Below are positions 34,064-41,920 of a stretch of DNA of 42,716 bases, piece after piece. The notes under the pieces were generated by a model, which searched no databases, was not told where the DNA came from, and worked only from the letters and a program-made list of their open reading frames with translations. Position 1 is the first letter of the stretch, and every line of letters begins with the position of its first letter. Origin of the DNA: a candidate division FCPU426 bacterium (GTDB lineage: Bacteria > Oederibacteriota > JAAXVQ01 > JAUVAV01); assembly GCA_030619365.1 (NCBI GenBank), contig JAUXBQ010000001.1:1-42716 (forward strand), read 5' to 3'. Made by a program: the position numbers and the translations under genes.

Positions 34064-34876
34064 TCAGATCCAGTCCTGCAACTTGCAAAACATCACCAGC
34101 GCCGCTTCCACGCGTTCACGCAGACGCTCAGGCCGGCGCGCGTGCAAGGCTCCCTCCGGGGCGTTCAGCAATTCGGGCGCCACGCCGAACCGGATCCAGG
34201 GAACCGGCTGCCGGGCATGCAGGCGCAGCAAATGCCCGTCCGGCGCGGGCGTGTTGAGTCCGACCCGGCCCGGCAGGTCGGAAAAGCGAGCGGCCAGAAT
34301 GTCGCGAAAATCGCGGACCCATTCCGCCGGACAGCTGATTGGCCCGGAATGCGGCAAAGCCTCTCCCCGTTCGTCTCCCTGGTTGCCAAGCGCGAGAATG
34401 ATTCGGTGCGGATCCGGCCGGCTGGGACGACCAACGGAAGTCCCGCTCGATGTTCCCCTCCGGTCGGGGCGGCCAACGGAGGCGGGCAGGACAAAACAAT
34501 CCAACACGGTCTTGACCCGGCCCGCGGCCAGAGCTTCGGAAACCCTGCGGTGCCAGGTCTGATAATAATCGGCCAACAGCCTATGTTTAATCTGTTTGGC
34601 GTTTTTCTTGGCCAGGGCAATGATCGGGGTGTGGTCCGGCCAGGTTTCCGCCAGCGCGTCATCCCGCGGGGCGTCCAGATTCAGCACGGCTGGGGAGAGT
34701 TCGCCCGCCAGCAGGCACTCCAGGCGATCCCCTATATCCATGCTTTCCCGCAGGAGTCGGTTGGCCGTTTCCGCGCCGCGCGGTCGAGGTTCCCTGGGTT
34801 CAGCGTGTAATGCAGGGGGAATCGTATCGCCGGCCTGCGGCAGCACGATCAGGAGCGGAAGTTTTTTCTGGAGCAT
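34064..34876 (-). CDS. possible N-formylglutamate amidohydrolase (FGase)-family protein, divergent
   Basis: Weak by-eye resemblance only. 'LLIVLPQAGDTIP' resembles the family pattern ..vPHaG..iP. 'VLNLDAPR' resembles DlNR. 'YYQTWHRRV...VLDCFVLP' resembles yH..i...iHSf. 'VGLNTPAPDG' resembles N.Pf.G. Several positions I would expect to be His are not. Low confidence in function. Confidence 0.35.
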   Translation of the reverse strand: MLQKKLPLLIVLPQAGDTIPPALHAEPREPRPRGAETANRLLRESMDIGDRLECLLAGELSPAVLNLDAPRDDALAETWPDHTPIIALAKKNAKQIKHRLLADYYQTWHRRVSEALAAGRVKTVLDCFVLPASVGRPDRRGTSSGTSVGRPSRPDPHRIILALGNQGDERGEALPHSGPISCPAEWVRDFRDILAARFSDLPGRVGLNTPAPDGHLLRLHARQPVPWIRFGVAPELLNAPEGALHARRPERLRERVEAALVMFCKLQDWI

Positions 34877-35727
34877 GCGTCCAGGTTATTCGGGGCGCAG
34901 GTCCCGGCCTGATCCGCGCCGGCCAGGGCGCGCAGGGTGGCGCTGGCCGAGGCCGCGGCCAGGGCGCTGGTTTTGGAATTTTCCGGGGAAGGAACGTTCT
35001 CGGTGATGGTCGTAAAACGCCCCAGCCGGCCACTGACTTCCAGGGTGTGGACATTACGCCGGCATTGGGGATCGGCAATAATCTCGACCTGGGTCCGGTC
35101 CGGACCAATGCCCGCCAGCGAGACCGCGGCCGCCACGTTCACGTTGGCGGGAAACCCGGCAATGGCCTGGCGGGCCGAACCGCGAAAAACGCGGCGGGCC
35201 GTTTTCAGCTGGGAGAGATTGAGAGGATGTTTTTCAAAATAAGGCGCGCCGGCCAGTCCGCGCGGCGGTTTCCGCGTCGTCAGTTTCACCCGGAAGACGC
35301 CACCCTGCGCGGCCGCGGCCCGCAAGCCGTCCAGGCCGATTACCGCGCCGGAGGGATAATACAGGCCGCGCCCTAAGCGCTGAAACCGGCGCCAAAGGCC
35401 CGGCTGCGTGATCAGGGCACCCACGGACAGCACCAATAAATCCTTTCGCTCGCGCAGCGCGGCGGCCGCGATACTCCGCACGGCCGGGAGCCCGGCCGCT
35501 TCCACCAGGAGATCGCAGGTTTGTGCCGCCTGGGCCAGGGAGACCACGCGGGGCCGCGGCCGTAAGCGGGCGGCCAGCTCCCGCGCCCGTTCCGGAACCG
35601 CGTCGTTCAGGGCTACCAGCCGTAGATGCGATTTCGGGGTCCGGACCAGGTCTTGCGACAACTGCGCGCCAATGGCGCCGCAGCCGATGATTCCCACGCA
35701 GAGCGTCTTTGGGTGCTGGTCCGGCAT
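34849..35727 (-). CDS. nadX: L-aspartate dehydrogenase
   Basis: N-terminal Rossmann 'LCVGIIGCGAIGAQL'. The C-terminal part 'NVNVAAAVSLAGIGPDRTQVEIIADPQCRRNVHTLEVSGRLGRFTTITENVPSPENSKTSALAAASASATL' matches the aspartate dehydrogenase signature. Adjacent to nadA. Confidence 0.85.
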   Translation of the reverse strand: MPDQHPKTLCVGIIGCGAIGAQLSQDLVRTPKSHLRLVALNDAVPERARELAARLRPRPRVVSLAQAAQTCDLLVEAAGLPAVRSIAAAALRERKDLLVLSVGALITQPGLWRRFQRLGRGLYYPSGAVIGLDGLRAAAAQGGVFRVKLTTRKPPRGLAGAPYFEKHPLNLSQLKTARRVFRGSARQAIAGFPANVNVAAAVSLAGIGPDRTQVEIIADPQCRRNVHTLEVSGRLGRFTTITENVPSPENSKTSALAAASASATLRALAGADQAGTCAPNNLDACSRKNFRS

Positions 35728-35987
35728 CAGCGCTCCCGCCCGCAGGGCCGTGATTTCACCACCCGGCGCACGATATCAAACCTGGTGCCTTTTATCCGGC
35801 TCACGATCTTTCTCCTTTCGCCCGGATCCGCGGACGACGTCTCTAGAAGCTTGAGCATTTTGTCGAAATTTGCGAGAGTCGATAGTCGAAAATCGACCGT
35901 CCCGACCGGATGGGTAATCGTATGGAACTTCCTTCGGTCGCATTTGAGCTTTTTATCTAATTTCTATTATCAACTCTCAAATGCTCG

Positions 35988-36017
35988 GGAGCCTGAGCAA
36001 CTAATTGCTCAGGCTCC
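35988..36017 (-). terminator. 13-bp perfect stem-loop at the nadA stop (terminator-like, no clear U-tract)
   Basis: GGAGCCTGAGCAA (35988..36000), loop ctaa, TTGCTCAGGCTCC (36005..36017). It overlaps the nadA stop codon (36017..36019). A second hairpin, GCATTTGAG/CTCAAATGC (35940..35948 and 35976..35984), follows. Confidence 0.4.
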
Positions 36018-36952
36018 TAGGTAACGGCCAGCATACGCTCCAGGGCGGCGACCGCCCGTATCCGGACGTCCTCCGGCACCTCTACCGGGTGGGGCAGCGT
36101 TTCCAGGGCTGTGGCCAAATGATGTAATTGCGTTAGTTTCATGTTCCGGCAAACCATGCGCGAAGAGAGGGGGTAGAATTGTTTGCCTGGATTTTCCCGG
36201 CGCAGCCGGTACAGCAAGCCGATTTCCGTTCCCACGATGAAAGTCCCGGCAGTTTCGGCCCGGGCATAACGTAGCATTTGGGACGTCGAGAGCACCGCGT
36301 CCGCCCGGTCACACACCTCCGGGCGGCATTCGGGATGCGCCATGAATTTCGCCTCCGGATAGAGACGGGCGGCGTCTGTCACCGCGCGCAGCGTGATGTT
36401 ATTGTGCACGCAGCAACTCCCGGGCCAGGGGATAATCCGCTTGGCGGTATGCCGGGCCACCCAGTGCGCCAGGTTCTTGTCCGGCGCGAAAATAACTTCG
36501 GATTGCGGCAGGCTGTTTACCACCGGCAGGGCGTTGGCCGAGGTGCAGCAGACGTCCGCCAGGGCTTTAACCTCGGCCGTGGAATTGACGTACACCACCA
36601 CGGCCGCGTCCGGGTGCTCGGCCCGGGCGCGGGCCAGGTCCTCGGCGGAGATGGTGTCCGCCAGCGGACAGCCGGCTTCGGGCACGGGCAGCAGCACGGT
36701 TTTTTGCGGCGACAGGATCTTGGCGCTCTCGGCCATGAAACGCACGCCGGCAAAGGCGATCACCTCCGCGTCGGTTCGCGCGGCCGTGCGGGCCAGTTCC
36801 AGGGAATCGCCGGTATGGTCCGCCAGGGCCTGGATTTCATCCGGCTGATAATTGTGCGCCAGAATGACCGCCCGGCGGGCGGTTTTCAGGCGCGCGATAC
36901 GCGATGCGAGCTGTTCGCCCGCAGGGGACTGAACAGGGGCAAAGGTCGTCAT
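36017..36952 (-). CDS. nadA: quinolinate synthase
   Basis: 'VILAHNYQPDEIQALADHTGDSLELAR', 'FAGVRFMAESAKIL' and 'CCTSANA' motifs. 311 aa. The ATG overlaps the panD stop (ATGA). Confidence 0.92.
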   Translation of the reverse strand: MTTFAPVQSPAGEQLASRIARLKTARRAVILAHNYQPDEIQALADHTGDSLELARTAARTDAEVIAFAGVRFMAESAKILSPQKTVLLPVPEAGCPLADTISAEDLARARAEHPDAAVVVYVNSTAEVKALADVCCTSANALPVVNSLPQSEVIFAPDKNLAHWVARHTAKRIIPWPGSCCVHNNITLRAVTDAARLYPEAKFMAHPECRPEVCDRADAVLSTSQMLRYARAETAGTFIVGTEIGLLYRLRRENPGKQFYPLSSRMVCRNMKLTQLHHLATALETLPHPVEVPEDVRIRAVAALERMLAVT

Positions 36953-37362
36953 GCGGGCTTTCCTTTTCTCGCCAACGGCAGTTTCCGGTGCGGTTTAATG
37001 GCGGTTACGCGTATTTCCGTGATCCGGTTCTTTTTATCCACGAAAGCCACGCGGGGACGGAAGTCCGGCAATTCGGCGTCTTCCACGTCGGCGTAGGCGA
37101 TGATGATCACACGGTCGTGCTTGGAAAATAAACGGGCCGCGGCGCCGTTGAGCTGGATCTGGCCCGAGTTCCGGCGGCCGGCGATCACGTAGGTCTCGAT
37201 CCGGGCGCCATTGTCCAGGTTCAGCACGTGCACGCGCTCAAAGGGCAGCAGATCAACCGCCTCACACAGGGCGGAATCTATGGTGATGCTGCCCATGTAA
37301 TGCAGCTGCGCCCCGGTCACCGTGGCGCGGTGTATTTTCGATTTCATCAAGCTGCGTTTCAT
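36949..37362 (-). CDS. panD: aspartate 1-decarboxylase
   Basis: 'MKRSLMKSKIHRATVTGAQLHYMGSITIDSAL' includes the Gly-Ser self-cleavage site. I prefer the ATG at 37362. The track TTG start is 37371. Confidence 0.9.
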   Translation of the reverse strand: MKRSLMKSKIHRATVTGAQLHYMGSITIDSALCEAVDLLPFERVHVLNLDNGARIETYVIAGRRNSGQIQLNGAAARLFSKHDRVIIIAYADVEDAELPDFRPRVAFVDKKNRITEIRVTAIKPHRKLPLARKGKPA

Positions 37363-37367
37363 GTTTT

Positions 37368-38294
37368 TCAACTCCCCGCCGGCACGCTGACCACGACATT
37401 GTCAATCAGCCGGACGCGGCCCAGCCGTACGGCCACGGCCACCAGCACGTTCCCGGTTAGAATATTCAAATCTTCCAGGGTCTCGGCGTTTTTCGCGGCA
37501 ATGTATTCGATCTCGATCGCCGTCTCATTCCGCAGGCGTTTGCGCACGGCCTCGATTAAATCCTGGGGATTTCGTTCGCCCACCTGCAGCATGCCCTCGG
37601 CCAGTTTCAGGGCCTGGTAAATGCCCGGAGCGGCCAGGCGCTCCTCCTGGGAGAGGTACACGTTGCGGGTACTCTTGGCCAGGCCGTCCGTTTCCCGGAC
37701 CGTGGGCAGCACCATCACCTCGCAGCCCAGATTAAGGTCCGCCACCAGGCGCCGCGCCACCAGGGTCTGCTGAAAGTCCTTTTGACCGAAATAGACTTGA
37801 TGCGGCCGCGTTAGGCTTATCAGCTTGGTCACTACTGTGGCCACGCCGATAAAGTGCGTGGGCCGGGACAGTCCGCACAGGGTCTGCGTTAACCGGTCGC
37901 CGACCACCACCCGCGTGTCAAATCCTTCGGGATACAGTTCCTCCGCCGCGGGCGCGAAGAGCGCGTCGGCTTTCTCCGCGGTGAGCAAGCGGTGATCGCG
38001 TTTAAAATCCCGGGGATACTCGCCAAAATCCTCGCCCGCCCCGAACTGCAAAGGGTTCACGAACAATGACACGATTACGCGGTCACAGGATTTGCGCGCT
38101 TCCCGGATCAGGGACAGGTGCCCTTCATGCAGGGCGCCCATGGTTGGAACCAGGGCGACGGTTTTGCCGTTACGTCGCCAGCGCTCGACCGTAAGTCGCA
38201 TTTCCTTCAGCGTGGTGATCACCTTGGCCCCACGGACGCGCCGGGCCTTGGAGGCCTCTGCCCCGCTCTGATGGGAGGTGGCTTCAACCGTCAT
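37368..38294 (-). CDS. panC: pantoate--beta-alanine ligase
   Basis: 'VALVPTMGALHEGHLSLIREA...VSLFVNPLQFG'. The start is uncertain: ATG at 38294 (used here), GTG at 38222 also plausible, track start 38345. Confidence 0.9.
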   Translation of the reverse strand: MTVEATSHQSGAEASKARRVRGAKVITTLKEMRLTVERWRRNGKTVALVPTMGALHEGHLSLIREARKSCDRVIVSLFVNPLQFGAGEDFGEYPRDFKRDHRLLTAEKADALFAPAAEELYPEGFDTRVVVGDRLTQTLCGLSRPTHFIGVATVVTKLISLTRPHQVYFGQKDFQQTLVARRLVADLNLGCEVMVLPTVRETDGLAKSTRNVYLSQEERLAAPGIYQALKLAEGMLQVGERNPQDLIEAVRKRLRNETAIEIEYIAAKNAETLEDLNILTGNVLVAVAVRLGRVRLIDNVVVSVPAGS

Positions 38295-39087
38295 GTTGCT
38301 TATCCTTTTTGGCTGGGAACCGGCCGCTCTGCACATCCTGATCAAAGGCCTTCATCGCTTCGGCCGCCGCCTGCCCAAGCTCCGCGTACCGTTTGGCAAA
38401 GGGCGGGGTGAAATCTCCGAAGAGTCCCAGAATATCGTGGGTCACCAGGACTTGCCCGTCGCAGTCCGGTCCGGCGCCGCACCCGATAGTGGGAATGGAC
38501 AAGGCGGCCGTCACTTGGGCCGCGGCCCGGGCCGGCACTTTTTCCAGGACCACGGCAAACACGCCGGCGGCTTCCAGCGCCCGCGCGTCGGCCAAAAGTT
38601 GCCGCTCGCCGGCTTCGTCTGTCGCCTGGGTCTGGTACCCGCCCAATTGGTGCACGGCCTGCGGGGTCAACCCCACATGGCCCATGACCGGGATATCCGC
38701 GCGGATAATCGCCGCCACGGTATCCGCCATGTCTTCCCCGCCTTCCAGTTTCACGCCCTGGGCGCCGCCGGTTTGCACCAGGCGTCCGGCGTTACGCACC
38801 GCTTCTTCCCGGGATATCTGGTAGGATAAAAACGGCAGGTCCGCGATTACCAGGCATTGGGGCGCGCCCCGGACCACGGCGGCCGTGTGCCGCAGCATGT
38901 CCTCCATGGTTACCGGCAGCGTACTGGAATGGCCGAGCATGACCTGCCCCAGCGAATCCCCCACCAGGATCACGGGAATCCCGGCCTTCGCCACCCATTG
39001 GGCCAGCGAATAATCGTAGGCCGTGAGCATGCTGAAACGTTCGCGCTTGGCCTTCCATTCCGCCAAATGACGCACAGTGATCGACAT
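38284..39087 (-). CDS. panB: 3-methyl-2-oxobutanoate hydroxymethyltransferase
   Basis: 'MLTAYDYSLAQWVAKAGIPVILVGDSLGQVMLGHSSTLPVTMEDMLRHTAAVVRG' and 'VKLEGG'. Confidence 0.92.
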   Translation of the reverse strand: MSITVRHLAEWKAKRERFSMLTAYDYSLAQWVAKAGIPVILVGDSLGQVMLGHSSTLPVTMEDMLRHTAAVVRGAPQCLVIADLPFLSYQISREEAVRNAGRLVQTGGAQGVKLEGGEDMADTVAAIIRADIPVMGHVGLTPQAVHQLGGYQTQATDEAGERQLLADARALEAAGVFAVVLEKVPARAAAQVTAALSIPTIGCGAGPDCDGQVLVTHDILGLFGDFTPPFAKRYAELGQAAAEAMKAFDQDVQSGRFPAKKDKQHDG

Positions 39088-39090
39088 GGC

Positions 39091-39738
39091 TTACCCCTGG
39101 AACCCCGCGGGATTGTAGTACTGGGTGCCCTTGCCCATGGTGCGGATTTGCTTCACCAGGTCATTCAGGTCCTGGCGGCTTTTGACGAAGTCAATGTCAT
39201 TGGTATTCACCACCAGGAGGGGCGTTTCCTGATAATGGAAAAAATAATGGTTGTACGCCTGGTTGAGCCGCTCCAGGTATTCCCGCTGCAGGTTTTTTTC
39301 GAACACGCGGCCGCGCTGGGCCAGCCGCTGCACAAGAACGTCGGTGGAGGCCTGCAGGTAGATCACCAGGTCGGGTTTTAAAAACTGGCCGTGCAGCAGG
39401 TTGCAGAGCCGCTCGTAGAGGTTCAGCTCGTTTTCCTCCAGGGTCAGGTAGGCAAAAATCCGGTCCTTGGTAAACAAATAGTCGCACACCACGTTGCGCT
39501 GGAACAGGTCGCCCTGGGCCAGTTCCTGCTGCTGGCGGTAGCGGCTCAGCAAAAAGAAAATCTGCGTCTGAAAGGCGTACCCGCGCTGGTCTTTGTAAAA
39601 TTTTTCCAGGAAGGGATTTTCTTCCGCGGCCTCCAGCACCAGCCGGGAATTCATCTCCTGGCCCAGGCTTTCGCACAGACTGGTCTTGCCCACGCCCAGG
39701 ACGCCTTCCACCACAATGTAACGATTTGCTTCCACCAC
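39091..39738 (-). CDS. deoxynucleoside kinase family protein
   Basis: P-loop 'IVVEGVLGVGKTSL', 'CDYLFTKDRIFA' (an ERS-like motif) and LID 'RLAQRGRVFEKNL'. 215 aa. Confidence 0.78.
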   Translation of the reverse strand: MVEANRYIVVEGVLGVGKTSLCESLGQEMNSRLVLEAAEENPFLEKFYKDQRGYAFQTQIFFLLSRYRQQQELAQGDLFQRNVVCDYLFTKDRIFAYLTLEENELNLYERLCNLLHGQFLKPDLVIYLQASTDVLVQRLAQRGRVFEKNLQREYLERLNQAYNHYFFHYQETPLLVVNTNDIDFVKSRQDLNDLVKQIRTMGKGTQYYNPAGFQG

Positions 39739-39741
39739 GCG

Positions 39742-40257
39742 TTACTCCTCGCTTCCCGTTGCCCAGTCCGGACCGGCCACACGCTTTACGTTCCGCGCGT
39801 CCACCCGGGCCGCCAATTCCGCCACGGTTGCTCCCAGGAGCGGATGCCGCAGGTCCGGTGCCAGTTCCGTCAGGGGCAGCAACACGAACGCCCGTTTTGC
39901 CAGGCGGGGATGGGGCACTTCCAGCCCCGGTTCCCTGATGATCTGATCGTCAAAAAAGAACAAGTCCACATCCAGCGGCCGGGGGGCGTTCTTCGCTTCT
40001 TCCCGCTTCCGGCCGGCCCGTTGTTCCCAGGCCTGTCCGGCCTCCAGCACTGCCCGGGCCGTGGCGCCCGTTTCCACCCAAACCGCGCTGTTGAAATAAT
40101 CCGGCTGGGGTTCGCCGCCGCAGGGAGGTGATATATATAATGAAGCTATCCCGCGTACGCGCCAGCCGGCCTGGCCGCGCAGGGCCTGGACCGCGTGGCG
40201 CAATTGCCCGCGGGGATCCTGCAAATTGCTCCCCAGTCCCAAATACACCTGGTGCAT
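39742..40257 (-). CDS. folK: 2-amino-4-hydroxy-6-hydroxymethyldihydropteridine diphosphokinase
   Basis: 'VYLGLGSNLQDPRGQLRHAVQAL', 'RPLDVDLFFFDD', 'LEVPHPRLAKRAFVLLPL'. Confidence 0.88.
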   Translation of the reverse strand: MHQVYLGLGSNLQDPRGQLRHAVQALRGQAGWRVRGIASLYISPPCGGEPQPDYFNSAVWVETGATARAVLEAGQAWEQRAGRKREEAKNAPRPLDVDLFFFDDQIIREPGLEVPHPRLAKRAFVLLPLTELAPDLRHPLLGATVAELAARVDARNVKRVAGPDWATGSEE

Positions 40258-40269
40258 ATCGGTTCTTCG

Positions 40270-41433
40270 CTAAATCACTTTTTGCAGGCGCTGTACTGCT
40301 TCCTGCAGGCGCGCTTCGGGCGAGGTCAGGGAAAAACGGATAAACCCTTCTCCCGAGGCGCCGAATCCCACGCCCGGCGTGGCCACCACCCCGGCCTCTT
40401 CCAAGAGCCGCGTGGCGAATCCCGCGGAATCATATCCTTTGGGCACCGGGCACCAAATATAAAACGTGGCGCGCGGCGCGGTCACATCGAACCCGGCCTT
40501 TTGGAGACCCGTCACAAATAAGTCCCGCCGCTTCCGGTACACCTCCACCAAGGCCGGAATAATCGCGTCCGCCTGTTCCAGCGCGGTCAGGCCGGCCACC
40601 TGCACGGCGGAAACGGTGCCGGAATCCAGGTTGCCCTTGATCTGGGCCAACGCGCTGATCAGCGCCTGGCCACCTGCGGCAAATCCCAACCGCCAGCCGG
40701 CCATGGAAAACGTCTTGGAAAAACTGTGAAACTCGATGGCCACGTCCTGGGCTCCGGGTATCTGGAGCACCGAAGGCGGCGGTGTCCCTTCATAGTATAT
40801 TTCCGAGTAAGCCATGTCATACACCAGCACCACCTCGTGCTGCCTGCACCACGCGACCGTGTCGCGCAGGAAATTAAGGTCCGCCCCGGCGGCCGTGGGA
40901 TTGTTCGGATAGTTTAAAAATAGCAGCTTGGCCCGCCGCACCACGTCTGTGGGCAAGGCCGCCAGGTCCGGCAGAAAGCCGTTCTGCTTCAGCAGCGGCA
41001 CGTAGACCGGCTCGGCCCCCGCAAACACCGTACCGGAATAATAGACCGGATAACCCGGTTCCGGCACCAGCACCACGTCGCCCGGATTAACAAAAGCCAG
41101 GGGCGCGTGGCCAATGCCCTCCTTGGTGCCGATGAGGGTCAGCACCTCCTGCTGGGGATCCAGCTTTACGCCAAAGCGTTGGTTGAACCAGCCGGCCACA
41201 GCCTCCCGGAAATCCCGTCGTCCCCGTCCCAGGGGATACTGATGGTTCTCCGGATCCTCGCAGGCCGCCAGCAGTGCATCCAGGATCGAACGGGGCGTGG
41301 GCAGATCCGGGTCACCGACCCCCAGGTCGATAACATCCACTCCGCGCTCCAGCGCGGCCCGCTTCTTTTTGTCGATCTCGACAAAGAGATAGGGCGGCAG
41401 CGCCTGAATTCGTTTAGACGGCGTAATGACCAT
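40270..41433 (-). CDS. dapL: class I/II aminotransferase, most like LL-diaminopimelate aminotransferase
   Basis: 'LPPYLFVEIDKKKRAALERGVDVIDLGVGDPDLPTP', 'LIGTKEG' and PLP-Lys context 'SFSKTFSMAGWRLGF'. It lies two genes from dapB. Substrate specificity is inferred, not proven. Confidence 0.7.
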   Translation of the reverse strand: MVITPSKRIQALPPYLFVEIDKKKRAALERGVDVIDLGVGDPDLPTPRSILDALLAACEDPENHQYPLGRGRRDFREAVAGWFNQRFGVKLDPQQEVLTLIGTKEGIGHAPLAFVNPGDVVLVPEPGYPVYYSGTVFAGAEPVYVPLLKQNGFLPDLAALPTDVVRRAKLLFLNYPNNPTAAGADLNFLRDTVAWCRQHEVVLVYDMAYSEIYYEGTPPPSVLQIPGAQDVAIEFHSFSKTFSMAGWRLGFAAGGQALISALAQIKGNLDSGTVSAVQVAGLTALEQADAIIPALVEVYRKRRDLFVTGLQKAGFDVTAPRATFYIWCPVPKGYDSAGFATRLLEEAGVVATPGVGFGASGEGFIRFSLTSPEARLQEAVQRLQKVI

Positions 41434-41834
41434 TAACGGTCTGCGTCAGTCCCGGGCGTTTCCCGCAGGTCGTCCTCGCCATGATCCGAGATTTCCCAGG
41501 ACGTGGGCCGGGCTGATTTCCAGGCCGGGTAATGCTTCTCCATCCACTCGGTCCCCGCCTCTTTCAGGGTCAGGGAGGACCCGGCCACTAATTTCCCGGT
41601 CTTGACCAGGTTTTCGGTTTGCAACCACTTGTGGTTAAGAATTTCCTGATAAATTTCCCGGGCCTCGGGTTCGGGGATGACTTTCCCCGTAATTTTTTTC
41701 AGCTTTTGCGTGTACTGCCCGTCCTTAATCGGTTCGATCACGGCCTGCCAGACGTTGTTGCGCGTCAATTCCACATCCACGATGCCATACCCCAGCATGG
41801 TGATGCCCTTGCGATCCAGTTTGATAGCGCTCAT
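41433..41834 (-). CDS. hypothetical protein (133 aa)
   Basis: ORF with SD GGGGAGTGAAGGA before the ATG at 41834. Its stop overlaps the dapL ATG by 1 nt (TAATG). No family recognised. Confidence 0.5.
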   Translation of the reverse strand: MSAIKLDRKGITMLGYGIVDVELTRNNVWQAVIEPIKDGQYTQKLKKITGKVIPEPEAREIYQEILNHKWLQTENLVKTGKLVAGSSLTLKEAGTEWMEKHYPAWKSARPTSWEISDHGEDDLRETPGTDADR

Positions 41835-41920
41835 TGTCCTTCACTCCCCTGTCTGCACCCGGCGGAGCAGGCGCAAATAAATCATAGAATACCAAAAATA
41901 CCGGCTGTTCTCTATTTTTT

